From NCBI GenBank assembly GCA_050084985.1, contig JBITNC010000001.1:152272001-152336000 (forward strand): a DNA stretch of 64,000 nt. Reading direction: 5' to 3'. This stretch comes from Nageia nagi. Its lineage: Eukaryota; Plantae; Pinophyta. The notes below the pieces were generated by a model. The model saw nothing but the letters and a program-made list of their open reading frames with translations. It was not told the DNA's origin and ran no database searches. Positions 26,640 to 39,993 of the stretch are shown here, in pieces; within the stretch, counting starts at the first letter, position 1; every line of letters begins with the position of its first letter. The position numbers were made by a program, and so were the translations under genes.

Positions 26640-28110
26640 TTCCAAAGAAAGAGGCGTACGAGAATTTATACTTTTCCATTGTTCATAGATCTCATTCTAA
26701 TGAACTACATGTAATTCTTGAGGAATAGAAAGAGATAAAAACATTAGAGTATCTACAATATCTATAGATAATCTAGATCTATTAGCATTTTTTATAGAAT
26801 TCATCTTTGAAAACCCTCTTTCATAAATTGTTGTACTTGCTGGAATGGTAATAATTATTTGCCAAAGTTGCATCAAATTTGGAAATGAATCAAGCATTCA
26901 GGTTCACCTCCACATTGTTCCCATGCTGTAACATATTTTTTGTTTGATATCCTCTATGAAGCATCATAAAAAACCTTGTAATTCACCTTTTGCATTTTTC
27001 TACATCAATAATTGAAGAATCATTTACATTAAACTTTTAACATAGATGTTCTAACCACTGACTTATTTTCGAGTCTCTTTCATCTTTATCATCAGAATAC
27101 TGATGAGGATTGAAAATATTTGCTACATCAAATACTGGTAAATTCATAAACCTTTCATTAATGCAATCAATCACTTTCTGCATAAATATTTTACCCAAAG
27201 TTATACAATCATCAATAGTATCCAATCCAAGTTCGATGGATTCAAATCGTAAGCTATGGACATATGAAATGTCTAAATTATCAACAAATATTAAATCTCC
27301 ATATTTAGTACTTTTCAAAAATGATGATATATATCGAGTACCTACATCAATATTATTTTTCAAAAACCTTTTGTGAAGAAGATCAATAAGAATTTCCATA
27401 TGAGTCTCAATAGAAGTAATATCAATATGGTCTTGCTGAAACTTTTGACTCAATTTATTTAACTCAGATAAAATATCAAGTAAATTAATGCAAAACTGAA
27501 CTTGAAAAATAGTCCACATTTGATACATTTTTAATTCATTTTGTTTTCAATTTTGTAATAATGTTGACATGATTTTGACTAGTCTTTCCATAACATATCC
27601 TCGTGAAAACCATCAAACTAAATGAATTTGAAGCAATGATAATTTTTTTACTTGTAATTGATCCATTAAATTTTTAAGTTCTCCATGTCTTTTTGCAGAT
27701 TTTCCTAACCATGCATATGTTTTGTTTGCTAATTTTTCTACATACTTAAATTCTATAAAATGACTTGAAGCATCTGTTATAGCTAATACCTCACGATGTG
27801 CAGTACAATGAATTAATAATAAATGAGCCACATCATGAGTTAACTTATCACATAATCCATCACGAATACCCCTCATAGTTGAAGCTCTATCTAATCCAAA
27901 TCCTACCATCTTCTATTTTGGTAATTTCATCTGTGATAACAAATCATACATAAACTATGCTTTTTCATCTTGAATTTTGAGAAGTTTAAAGAATTTAGTC
28001 ACTACTGGTTCTTTTCCACCATCTATCAAATATGTTATATATGTTATCAAATGTTGATCTATAGTTTTATCAATGCTTTCATCTAATAAAATAGAATAAA
28101 AAGGGCTAGA
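26640..28110 (-). mobile_element. Decayed hAT transposase (ZNF862/ZMYM-like), 5'-truncated
   Basis: FYSILLDESID (rc ~28070-28100), GFGLDRASTMRG, IHCTAHREVLA, LNKLSQKFQ, and the dimerisation domain FPNLMQLWQIIITIPASTTIYERGFSKMNSIK. Confidence 0.88.
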
Positions 28111-28804
28111 AATTTTTTTAATAGGTCCTACAAACTTTTGGGTTAAAAAGGATGGTAAACGCGATATATCATATCATATGATGGTGTAAAATTTGGCTAC
28201 TAGGATGTGTTATTGGTTGAATTTTTTTGTAATTCGAGTTGAATCGATGGTTGAGTGGTGGGATAAATGGGATATCATTTGGTGGGTGTGCTATAATCTA
28301 AGTTGACTTAATGGTTATGGTTGATGGAATAAATACGATATCATTTGATGAAGAAAGTTTATGAATTGAACAAAGCAACAAATTATATGTATTAAGCCGT
28401 AGGTTATAGGATAAACTAAGATTTAATTAAAAGGTCACTTCATTATCAATTTCTTACTTTTGAAAAAAAATATATATGAGAGATAAATATTTTATTTGAA
28501 GAGATCAACATTTTTTTAGGTGTAAGAAATATGAAATTGATAATATTAAAACAGTAAATCTTTTATCATGATTGTTCATTTTAAAAATACATAAAATAAT
28601 TATACATCTAAAGTTTTAAAATATATAATCAAGTATGAAAATAAAATAATCATAAAAATAAAATTTTATATGAAACAATGCAAAATCGATCCTTAAAATT
28701 ATACAAATAAATATAAATATAATTTAAATGTATAAATGGTGTACATAGATATTTAATGTGCTTTCAAACTAACCTACTGAATTCTAGGACCTATCGCAAA
28801 TTTT

Positions 28805-28812
28805 TATAAATA
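28805..28812 (+). promoter_or_regulatory. Candidate TATA box of the OSC gene
   Basis: TATAAATA lies ~35 bp upstream of a pyrimidine-rich, higher-GC segment that ends at a splice donor. Confidence 0.45.
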
Positions 28813-28839
28813 TCAGATAGGAATCATAACTTCGGAATT

Positions 28840-28981
28840 TATCTGCCATGGCTCCCTGTTTCCTCTTAACCGTCCCATATACTGTAAGAAGAGCTGGTTT
28901 TTAATTCCTGTGGGGAATCTCCTCTTCTTATCAGGAATTACATTTTGATTCGAACACGACCTCACTGCTTCAGCTTTCAAG
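28840..28981 (+). other. Putative non-coding leader exon of the OSC gene (leader intron 28982-29968)
   Basis: Donor CAAG|GTATTT at 28981/28982, a T-rich intron-like sequence, and acceptor TTTTGGCAG| at 29968, 20 nt before the ATG. Confidence 0.55.
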
Positions 28982-29988
28982 GTATTTCGATGTACTCTTT
29001 TTCTGTACCAAATGCTTTCTCTTCTTCTGCATTGTTAGCTTGCATGACATTGGACCATCTTAGATAATGTATGACATTTTGTGTGCATACATTGCCTTTA
29101 TTCTCAAGCTTACAAAGCTTTATTTATTTATCTGGAAAGATTTCAAAGTCCATTCTTTTTGCTAGATTAGTGCATCAGAGTTGGATCTCTGTGGTTTGTT
29201 GAAGGCTATTTGAGATATTTTTCTTATTAATTGCTTGTAACGTTTCGTGTTATTGATAATCTATGCATGCATAATTGCTAATATTAAGCTTAGTTTATCT
29301 TGATAGGTCTCGAAACCCTAGAATTACTTGATATGGTGAAGTATAGTCGAATCTACGTTGTCTGTCATAGGTTATTTTGAAAATGTTGCAAGTGAATGTT
29401 TTTAAATTTGTCTGTGTTTGATCTTCTATTCTTGCATTCTTGACAGTATTAAGCTTCCAAGCCCTATTTATCTGGAAGGGTTTTGAACTCTAGCTTTACT
29501 TGATTAAATGAAGAAAAGATGGATCCATGTAATTTAGATTAGATTATATTGAGGTTTTGCTCGTAAATTTTACTGTAGTTGACTTTTCATGTGGCTATTC
29601 TTAAGCTGCGTAAGCTTTACATTTTAATGTGGAAGTCTAGAAATCTTAGCTTTAGTAGGTCTGGTGAAGCAAGGCTGAATTTATATGGTTTGTTGTAGGT
29701 TATTTCGAGAATGTTGTAACAACTTTTAGTACTTACTGGTTACTTTATAGTATATTGACGTCATTTGGAGAATGTTACAAGTATTTTCTTTGCAATATTT
29801 ACTATAGCTCATTATCCATGCACATTATAGCAAAAGATTGGGCTTTATTTATCTGGAAAAGTTTCAATATCGTATCCATATTAAATTTAACTAAACAGAG
29901 TTGGATCAGTACAGTTTGTTTCAGGTTACTTAAAGAATGCTGTTAATAATCGCTAGTTCTTTTGGCAGAAGCACAATCCATACAGAAA

Positions 29989-30186
29989 ATGTGGAAGCTG
30001 AAGATCGCAGAGGGGAGTGACCCATGGCTAATAACTCTAAATGACCACGTAGGAAGACAAATATGGGAGTATGATGAAAATACAGGTACAGCAGAGGATC
30101 AACTTAATGTGGAAAATGCCCGCAAATTTTTTCACGAGAACAGGTTCCATCAGCATCACAGTGCAGATATTCTCATGCGGTTGCAG
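29989..30186 (+). CDS. CAS1: 2,3-oxidosqualene cyclase (cycloartenol synthase-like), coding exon 1
   Basis: MWKLKIAEGSDPWL...HVGRQIWEYD...NRFHQHHSADILMRLQ; 198 bp, CAG|GT donor; canonical plant OSC N-terminus. Confidence 0.95.
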
Positions 30187-30949
30187 GTTCATTTGTTTTT
30201 CTCCAACTTATTATATACTATGTTTTGTAACTATGCTTGGTAAAGGTCATTTGAGCTTAGTGGTCTAACCAGTACACATGTTGGCTTATGAGAATCCCTG
30301 GAGAGAAGAACAGAACTTTTCAGTTTATGTTACATTGATCAATTTAACTTTGTACCTTCATGCAATTTTACTTTTTGATGAAGACTTGGTATATATTTGT
30401 TCTCGTAAATCTCTATTTACCATCATCAATGTAGAACACCTTTGCTTAGACCTATAAAAACAATGTTCAGTTTGTAATTGACAGTGAAGCAGTGAAAATC
30501 ATTGGCATCCCACATTGTGTTGTGCATATTGAATTGCATTTTATAGTAGTAGAGGAGTGAAGACATGATGGAACTTTTAGATGAAGTTACAAGGGTAATG
30601 GAATTTTCAAACATTTCAAAGTTAGTAGTGATGGTTCTGGATGTTCCTAAGGCACAAGCAAACAAGAATAAATATTAGGGTGGGCATATTGAATTGCATT
30701 TGTAGGTGAGAGATCAAGATAGGGTAGAGTTGATGGGGAAAGTAATTAGAATAAAGGAATTTAAGCATTTCAAATTTGTAAATGATGAGCCTAGAGAATC
30801 CTTAGGGCACGAGAGGACAAGGCATTGGAAATGGGATTCAAGAATGTAATCATTGTAATGATATTCTAAGAGAAATTGCCAAAAACAAGAATGCGCTCCC
30901 ACAAGGAATGGCATGATGGAGTATATAAGGATACAAGAGGGCACCAAAA

Positions 30950-31560
30950 TGAGCCTTAGTGTAGATGTTGTGATTAGGCACTATGATTTTCACCAACAAA
31001 ACCATTATACAAATAGAGAAATTGCTTAAGATTAGTTGGAAAGATTTTCCAGGGTTTATCTGATGCCTTCCACAGGGGTTTCCTAGGAAGATCTCTCTCT
31101 CAAGTATGTATAGTATAACTGTACAACAGACAGTGGTATTATAAAGATTGATTATGAGCGAATGGGGTGATAAATGTCTGCTTAATTGTTGTGAATCTCC
31201 ATGTATGGTCCACCTTGTTTGTATGTACCAATTTGTCCATTCATTTTGTGTGTTATGATCAGAGCGGGACACAGACAATAAGCCATTGTATTGAAAGGAG
31301 GACTGTTGGATTTTAGCCTGTTTTAGCATAGAATCATTTAAAGCTGATGATTGCATGCAGCCAGCGATTAGGGAGAAACACAAGAAGACAAATATCTTAC
31401 CATTCAATGGAGAACAGTGCATGCCCACATTAACTATGTGTTATCAATGGGAATTACTTAAATGCCTCTTGATGGAAAAGTGAAGAATATGAATCTTTAG
31501 TTTGTATTGTGTCACATCGAATTTGTAACATATTTATGGTGGAAGAATCTTGAGCTATTG
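30950..31560 (+). mobile_element. Highly decayed L1-like LINE reverse-transcriptase remnant
   Basis: Eroded motifs in the expected order: EIA*D*LE (EKAYDRLE-like), GFPRK, PICPFIL, FKADDC. Confidence 0.35.
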
Positions 31561-32029
31561 GTCTCATACAAAATTTAGCCAAGAATTGGTTCATAGTGGA
31601 TTCTTGGCAGTGGTGACCAACATGAATAATCCGAATTTTTTTTTGGCAATCATTTTTCCAAGTGAATAATTGCTGGCTTGTGCATTTGCAAGATTTATTC
31701 TGCTGACTCCAAAAAGGTTGTATTCACTGTATAATTTCTGTTTATTTATTTTCTGCTCATTTCAAGTGCAGCAGAGGTGAAGAGGACCAGAAGTCAACTG
31801 AAAGAGACCCAACCTTAACCCTACAAAGACGTCAAACATTTATGTTGAAACCTTAAGAGCTGAAATTGCATTGATGGAAGTGTCTATTACAGCAATTGAA
31901 ACTTCCAGCACACAACATACAATTAAAAAAAAGTTTGTAGGGCTATGTTTTTTCCTTCCACTCCCATGGCAGCTTTTATTTTGAAGCTTTGATATATTTT
32001 TCCTTGTTTATTATGGCAGATTTAGGAGA

Positions 32030-34150
32030 TAATGACATCATGAAAGAGAGACCCTAAATGGAACCGTGTCAAGTAGGAGGTTGGGTGTCAAGATTATATG
32101 TGGTTGGATTAACTGCATGAAATAACGTTTTGCATGTATTCAAAGCAGGGAAGTAGAGGTGTGCCTTATTATGGAACAAGAGGTAGAGCAAAAAATAAGT
32201 GTCTACATTGAGAACTTCTACAAGAAAAGAGTCATAGTAGAATGCCAAGGTAGAAAAGGTAACTTTTATGGGGCCATTCCACCTTTTGTAATTGGCTTTA
32301 TCAAAAGTAGCATTTGGCCGAGGGTTCACTACAATTCTCTTGGAGTTGGTTCTAGCTCACCACCAGTTGCTGCCTCATTTTTCATGCCTTGTAACAGTCC
32401 ACATGGCCAACCATCACTAGAGACAATTGGTCATGACAAGGAAAAACATGTGGAGGTGAGGAAGGCAATGGGGAAATTTCTTTCAATGTTGCAAGGTCAC
32501 CATACCACAAGCCTATGCCGAATGCATTTAAAATGGATGGTGCAGGGTTCAAACCCCAATGTTTGATAATTATTGAGGTTCCCTTCTTGCCATGTTTGTA
32601 GAAAATGTTCACCTTCTTGTCTAGGAATTGAGGAAAGTGTGGGTGAGGAAGGTCATGCCCAATGAATGGATCGATGGATTAGGTTGGATATCGAACAATT
32701 TTTTGCTTTCTTTAGTTGGAGGCCTTATATTTTTGAAATCCATAGATGCCTCCAACAAGATAAAAGTTGCATGGGTGTTATTTACCTTGTTAGAGGATGT
32801 AAGGTTGGAGGTGTGTTAGGAAGTGTGGTCCAAGTTGGTGCAGATAATGCACCATCATTTGTGGTAGTAGGAAAATTTCTCTAGAAGCCTACTATTTTTT
32901 GGACTTCTTGCTCAACTTGTTGTCTTGACCAAATATTGGAGAACATTGAGGAAACCTAATTGGATGAAGCTAGTCATGGATAATGCTATAAAAATAACCA
33001 TGTACATTGGCAATCATATGTATGTTCTTAGCTTGACGAGGGAGCATATGGATGGCAAGGAGATCATTTGATTTGGTTCCACTCTTCTACACAATTTGCC
33101 ATCACTTTTTGCACCTTGTGGAGCCCTCAAGAGAAAAGCAAGGGTAAAGAGGATGCTTGTTAGCAAGGAATGGACAGTTTTTGCCACATTAGATGATGTT
33201 TTCCTTGTTTTGGAAATCTTGTTTTGATGATGGTTTGGTGGGATGCACATGAGATCCTCTAGGTTACTAGGGGTTGATGACTTTTGTGTTCTTTTTGCCA
33301 TCCTTTTTTTATATGTTTAGGTGGTTGAATTATTGGTGAAGGTCCTTCATATTGTTGGTGATCATGACAAATACTAGTGGATGACTTATATGTCAATGTC
33401 CGAGAGGCTATTTTGAGCCATCACAAACATATAGAGGTCACATGTTGTCCTTATTGGGAAATGGCTGATTGTAGATGGTCAACTCAAGTTCACAAGACCA
33501 TTAATGTAATAGGGTACTATTTGAATCCGAAGTGTTTTTATGATGAGATTCTGCTTGGTTGGTAATGACCTCTGCCTATCGATGATGATCCAAGATCTTA
33601 AAAAGATGGATGCCAATATAAACGAGCTGCAACTCTGCAATAATTTAGAGGGCTATCTCTATTTGTCTCCATTTGGCATTAGGTGTTGACCAACATAGAA
33701 TCTAGGTGATGTTTTTTTAACTTTTTTTTGTGCTTGAAATCTCCTTAAAGCAAATGTCTTTGAAATTACTTTTTTGTGTGTTTTCAGCTGTATTTTGGGA
33801 TTCCTTTTTTATGAAAAGGCCTCTCCTCCTAAAAATAGCAATGTGGATTTTGTCCCACCCTTTTAGTACTTTTAAATGTGATTCCAATCAACATATGTTT
33901 ATTATGCACATTCTAGAAATCACAAGAAGTTGGTCAAATAAAAATTTAATAGTGTTGTATATTCACTACACATCATGCTTCATCAGAGACAAAGATATGG
34001 AGTAATTCATGATGTAATTGATGTAGATGACATTATTCCACCAAGCTTGAGATTGTGCCTACATAAGGTCCAACAATAGAGGAGGATGTATGGTTCTTAG
34101 AGGAGGAGCTTGCATTTTTAGAAATGGAAGAAATTGCAACCATAGAATGA
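32030..34150 (+). mobile_element. Decayed hAT transposase gene (DUF659 + hAT dimerisation type) with residual introns
   Basis: FLKSIDASNKIK...VVQVGADNAPSFVVVGKFL, IFWTSCSTCCLDQILENI, GYYLNPK, LLKIAMWILSHPFSTFKCDSN. GT-AG introns at ~33263-33320 and 33706-33787. Confidence 0.85.
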
Positions 34151-35939
34151 GAAGGCCCATAACAAATGAAGACAGCTGAAGTTACAAAAATTAAAGGAAG
34201 GGAAAGAGGAAAAAGGATTGAAAAATATTTTTCTTTTTTTAATTGTAAAACTTGATATGGATTTTGTTTAGAGTCCATACATTTTGTATTTAGACTATTT
34301 TCATGTGAAATGCAAAAAAAAATGCAGTTTATCTAAATTTAGTGTCACTTTACATTTCTAATTTATCACATAATTGTTGAGTGTTTGCTGAATATTGTTT
34401 GAATTATTGAATTTCAAAAGTTTCCACCAAAATAATTATTGGTCAAATACACACTTTTCAAGTATGATTGGTTGCCTCTAGAAGTCAATCATTACCATCC
34501 TTGAAATCCTCTATTGGTTTTACTTTTGGCTCATTTGAAAACTATAATATTAAACTGATAACATCTGTCCTTGTTTGTTCTTCTTATATATTTTTAAATA
34601 TCATAACTTGTCATTTATGTTAAGCAAACGTGAAGTTCTAAGCTCATTTCATTACAATATGTGCACAATTTTATGCTAAAAACAAGCTTTATTCCCAAAC
34701 ATGATTGAAGCCTTTATCCATAGTTGAGAAGTATCATTTCCCTTTGAGAAGAAACAATGAAAATATCCATGTGAAGTACATAGTTGAGTTTGCGCTAGTG
34801 TGGGGTGGATATTGTAAATGGAATAGCTAATGGTTGATATAATATATACAAATTGACTAGTAGCTAATTCTTATGAAAGGAATGCAATCATAACTATTTA
34901 TGAAAACAAATCTTAGGTATGCATTTTACACATGCATGTGTTTGTGCATGCATACACATTTATGGTGTAGAGAACTTAATTGGAATATTATTTATTATTA
35001 AATTGCTAAATTGAAGCCCTATCTAATGGTTGATTGCAACTATGTAAACCAAATATAGCATAACGTTTTTCTATGCTAATCCTAAACCATATGTAAGTGT
35101 AACAATTTGAGTATTGTCTCAACTACAGACATATCAAAATCATATGAAGAGTCTTTGTAGAGTGTTTTGCAACCTGATATATATTTTCCTTTCTTTGAAG
35201 CAGGAGGAAGACTTCTGTTTCATGGTGCTAGTTCTGAATGATTAAACAAGATTGTACAACCCTAGCAGTTCTAATTTATTAGTTTATAGTCAAAACAAAT
35301 TTTATTTCATGAGTAGTTGTTTTAAGCTTGCTTCATACAAATCAACCAAGTAATGTTCATAAGATATTCGTAGGAACCAAGGCTGTATGCATGCGATGAC
35401 ATTCGGGGTGCAAACCTCCAATCTCGGCTTTGCCATAATCAAACAAGATTGTTGAAGTGCAAATTCATAATTATATTTCATATAATTGAAAAGAATCATA
35501 TATATTGTATATTTATGATATGATTTATAAATCAACAAAACCAAAGCATGCCATGATATACAATATTGTAAGTATTTGCAACTAGATACTATATACAAAT
35601 GATGCTCTAAATTGCAAACTCAATATAGAAGCACTTGAATAGTCATAAAGCAAGTCTCAAATTTTACTGAAATAGTTTTGTTTAAGTTTTTGCTTGCACA
35701 ATTGAAAGCATATTTAGATTTGGTCAATATTTGTTTGGGTCAAAACTTTTGAAATTTGGCAAAAAACAACAAATAAAAAAGACTTACTTAATTTAATAAA
35801 TTTCATCATATTTTTTGCATCAAACATGAAAATACATAGTGTTTGATCAAAATACATAGCAAAGTTTTTTAATAAAAACATATCAATGATGTGCCCTCTT
35901 TTTTGCATTTCACTTCATTGTTGTTGCGAACGCATGGGC

Positions 35940-37700
35940 TTGCACTTGTGCTTGTTCCATGGTTGCATGTTCTTCTCCCCGCTTCTCTAACCAGGCAATA
36001 TCATCATTTGTAAGTCATACATCCTCCTTACTAGTTCCTTAGTTTCAAGCTCTGTGATCCAATTAGAAATTGGATGAATCTCATCCAAATTGATAACATC
36101 ATGATCGGGTCCATCTATTTGCTTATTGTAGACCATGAGTTTGTGGTTGATAGATACCAAATTATTCAAGTGTTCTTGAGCTTATCTATTATGCTTTTTG
36201 GAGTGAATGTGCTCAAACATACTCCAATTGTGCTCACATGTAAAAGAGCTACAAGGTTGGGATAGAATCCAAATTGCTATTTGTTTCCCACCGTATATTT
36301 GAAAATATACAAAAAATCATAATTTAGAAATTAACCACTTTTTAAATTTTTTTGTACCCTAGATTTTGATTTGTTCGCGACCTAATGCAAAGTGCACTTG
36401 AGAAAAGATAGCCTTATGTATTCATGTAGATTTGCATCTCTTTTTGTATGACATCCGTCTTTTCATCTTGGATCATCCTCTTGAGGCAATTGAGCTCACA
36501 TTCAGAAGAGGTACAATGTTGGCACAAAATCTAGATTGTTATTTATTAGAGGAGAGGCTTTTTTGCGCCATGGGACTCCCACCATATAGTTGGAAATATG
36601 CAAAAAAAATCCTAATTTAAAAATTACTATTTTTTTTCAAAAAAATTCAAATAGAAATAAAAGAAAAAAATGTTACCTAGGTTTTGAGTTGTTTAGGACC
36701 TAATGTAAAGTGCACTTGAAAATATAGCCCTATGTATTTTTGTAGATTTGTAGCTCATTTTGTATGACATGCATCTTCTTCTCATCTTGGACCATCCTCT
36801 TGAGGCAAATAAAAATGAAATTTGAGAACCTCCTCATTAGCCATAAATGCCTCATCATAAAAATATATAGGGTTCAAATGGTAGGTAATTGCATAAGTGG
36901 ACTTATGAAGTTGACAATCGATGGTCAGTCAATTCTTATACTTAGCCTTTATGCATTTTTGATAGCATGCAATGGCCACCTTGACTTGGTCTCAAACAAG
37001 TTAGCCATTTGTGATTTGTCTTGATCTTCAACAACATGAAGCATTCTTACAAACAATTCAAATACCTGAACATATGAAAGAAACAGATATTAAAAGCTTG
37101 ACCTGTTAAAAAAGATTATTGAAATCATCAAACACTATCAACCTAGAGGATCTCATGCAAAGCCCTCTGAAAACCTTCATCAAAATTATTTAAGAAATAA
37201 GTAGGGCTTCTTTTGAAGTGAAAAAAGAAAACTTTGCCTGTTCCTTGCAAGCAAACATTCTCTTCAACCCAACCATTTTGGCATGAAAATTCTGGAATGT
37301 GAGGAAATTTTGTGGCACATCGTGTGATGTCGGGTCGAACAATTTCCTTCCCATTCGTATACTTCCTCATCAAGTTAAGACTTAGAAATGATTGTAGATG
37401 TACTTAATGATTGTTTTTGTATTGTCTACCACTTGCTTCATCCAATTAATTTTTGCAATATCCTCTAGTATTAGCTCAAGACAATGGGCTGTGCAAAAAC
37501 CTCAAAATGATAGAAAATCTCTCTTCAAGATGTTTCCCTGCTACCACATATGCTGTTGCATTGGCTGTGACAACTTGGACCACATTTTGTGGCCCAACCT
37601 CAAGCACTGCATCCTCTAATAAAGTGAACAATGTTTGTCCAATTTTTATGTTGGAAATGATGTTTCTTGTTGCTGTAAAATCTGCTTTCATTGATGTAAA
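35940..37700 (-). mobile_element. Second decayed DUF659-type hAT transposase, same family, opposite strand
   Basis: LFTLLEDAVLEVGPQNVVQVVTANATAYVVAGKHLEERF, MMRKYTNGKEIVRPDITR, ILSQPCSSFTCEHNWSMFEHIHSKKHNR. Confidence 0.87.
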
Positions 37701-38349
37701 TGCAGTTGTTAGGGTTTCAGCTTAAGATTTCAGCATCACAATAGAGTTAGGTTCAGCCTCCTTTGCTTCTATTCTCATCTCTTCAGTTTTCAATGGCTTG
37801 AAATGAGTAAAAAATGAAAAAAAAAAAACAAAATTTAAACCTTGTTTTCTGCTTTTTTGAAAACTTCATTGAATAGATGGTGTAGGATGTGTGAGTTGCC
37901 AAATAATAGACCTCACAATTGCTTGCTGAATATTTGGCAAAAATTGCATATTTGATTTTTTGATGATTATGCTTTTGAGTTCGTTCATTGAATATTTGGT
38001 ACATAAGCCCAATATTAGCAATTTTCCTATCTATGATTGAAAGTATGCAATTGATAGCAGAAGTTTGTTTCTTTTTAATATTTCCTTAGTACTTCGCTTA
38101 GGCATGTTCCATAAACATGATCAACACATGCAATGCATCTTCGTGCGCCTAGTGTGGCTTTTGTGCAACAATGGATGCATTTTATATTTCAACCCTAATG
38201 ATCATTACTGTACCTTCGCCGGGTGCATGCACTTAGACAACATAAGTAGGAAAGTAAGTTCTATATTAATTGGAAAGGAAAATGGGTGGCTTTGTTGAGC
38301 AGATGCAAAAGTAGAACATAATCGTTTGACAATTATAAAATGGCAAAGT

Positions 38350-39700
38350 TGTTGCTATATGAAAAAAATTCACCTCAAAGATAACAGGTGAAGTTTTCTT
38401 GAGAGATCACATTGATGGAAATATTTGGTAATTCGATGTTTATTTCTACCTTCAAGTCAAAGACTTGCTTTACGTACTTAGAGGCGTTTCCTTTAATCAC
38501 TTTGACTCCTTTCATAGCAAGTGACTTGCTTCCTTCTATACCTATCTTGCCAATTTGAATCGCATGACTATGGATCATAAATCCGTCTCTTGTTGTTGGG
38601 TGCTTCACATGGGAAGAAATGTTATGAATTGAGAGTGCTGGGAAGAAATGTTATGAATTGAGAGTGCTCAACAAGATGAATATAGATGGACACAAGTCTC
38701 TATTGGACGAGGAACCATTCTCATCTTGGTTGGATTTAGTTTACTTTCCTTTTTTAATAATTCTCCTAACGCTTGCAAGAGAGTGTCTATATCAAAATCC
38801 TCTTTCCTGACTGTTGTATTCATTAGTGATTTTGTAGATCATTTTATTTGCTTGAGGAACTTTAATGAGCTACTTGATGTATTAGTTTTGATTTACTTTT
38901 CACTTATTCTCTTTGATGGGAATCCATCTTAAAAGAGCTTAGTTTACTGACCTTTGATGAAACATTGCTCACTCTTTCCCCTTACTTCCTTTCTCAAGTG
39001 ATATCTTCTTCTTATGTCCACTATCTTTACTCTTCATCAACTTTCTTTTTAAGATCCTCTAACTATTTGTTTAGTCGGGATCTAAATAGTAGGTTTTGTA
39101 ATCACTTCATTGGCTCGTTTTGGTGAGGTGCCAACCAATGTTACTAGACCTTTAGCTATGTGTTTTTCAACTACATTGATGCTCATTGAGCATTCATCTT
39201 TCTCTTCTAGGGTTGTGTTAGGCTTCTCTTGATCAAGTTTTTCTTTATCAACTCTTTCATCTATAGGGGCCTCTCTTGTTGGAGCTAGAGATTGTGTAGC
39301 AACTTCGTGTGTGTCTAGAGGGACTAGAGGACTCCCTTCCTTAGAACCTTGTGATTGAGAAGATGATGAAGTAGAAGAAGATTTTGATGAAGTGGAAAAG
39401 GAAATGAATTAAATAGGCGGATTGTTTTCTTGTTTGCCTTCTCTTTGTCAATGTGCAACTTAATTGCAATGATGTCCGCGTCTGTTATCAAATCCCTATA
39501 CCTTTCAACCCCAACATAATTTTCATGGGAGTATCTTTTTGGAAGGTGTCTTGATAGAAAGTTTTAATCTTGTCCTCCGAATTATATTCTCCAAGGACTT
39601 GCTACTTTTCATTAACCAGATTTATCTAACTCCTAAGCCATTAGCTTGGCTTCCAACCAAGAATTGCATTGATAAAAACTAATAGAAATCGACATCTCAT
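38350..39700 (-). mobile_element. Decayed gag/protease-like region of a Ty3/Gypsy-type element (host of the 39900-45305 insertion)
   Basis: Coding-like rc frames with a knuckle remnant (RRGHHC), an S/E/K-rich linker and FDIDTLLQALGELLK. A PBS-like tggcccatggtgg (rc 45306-45318) is restored when the insertion is removed. Confidence 0.55.
38611..38668. repeat. Perfect 29-bp tandem duplication
   Basis: GGGAAGAAATGTTATGAATTGAGAGTGCT twice. Confidence 0.95.
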
Positions 39701-39993
39701 TGGTTCTTTCCTTCTTCCTATACACATGTTCATGTAAATACTATAATTGCTTGACAAATTCACACAATCCAATCCAATCATTAACACAATACACCCCAAA
39801 ATTTGCAATTCTAGGACCCAATTTTGCTAGGTCACGACCACTAGAGTCTAGAGTCTCACCTACCTCATTACAATCACTCGACCCCTATTGAGAACTACAT
39901 GTCATACGCCCTCTTAGTCATAGTCATGTGAACCCGAATTTGAGGAAGTTGAAAATTTGACTAAGTCTAGAAATAGGAGAGTCCAGGGGTTGT

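Noticed and set aside
30850-31428. 192-aa minus-strand ORF
   Set aside because: No recognisable motif; it overlaps a probable decayed LINE on the opposite strand within an intron.
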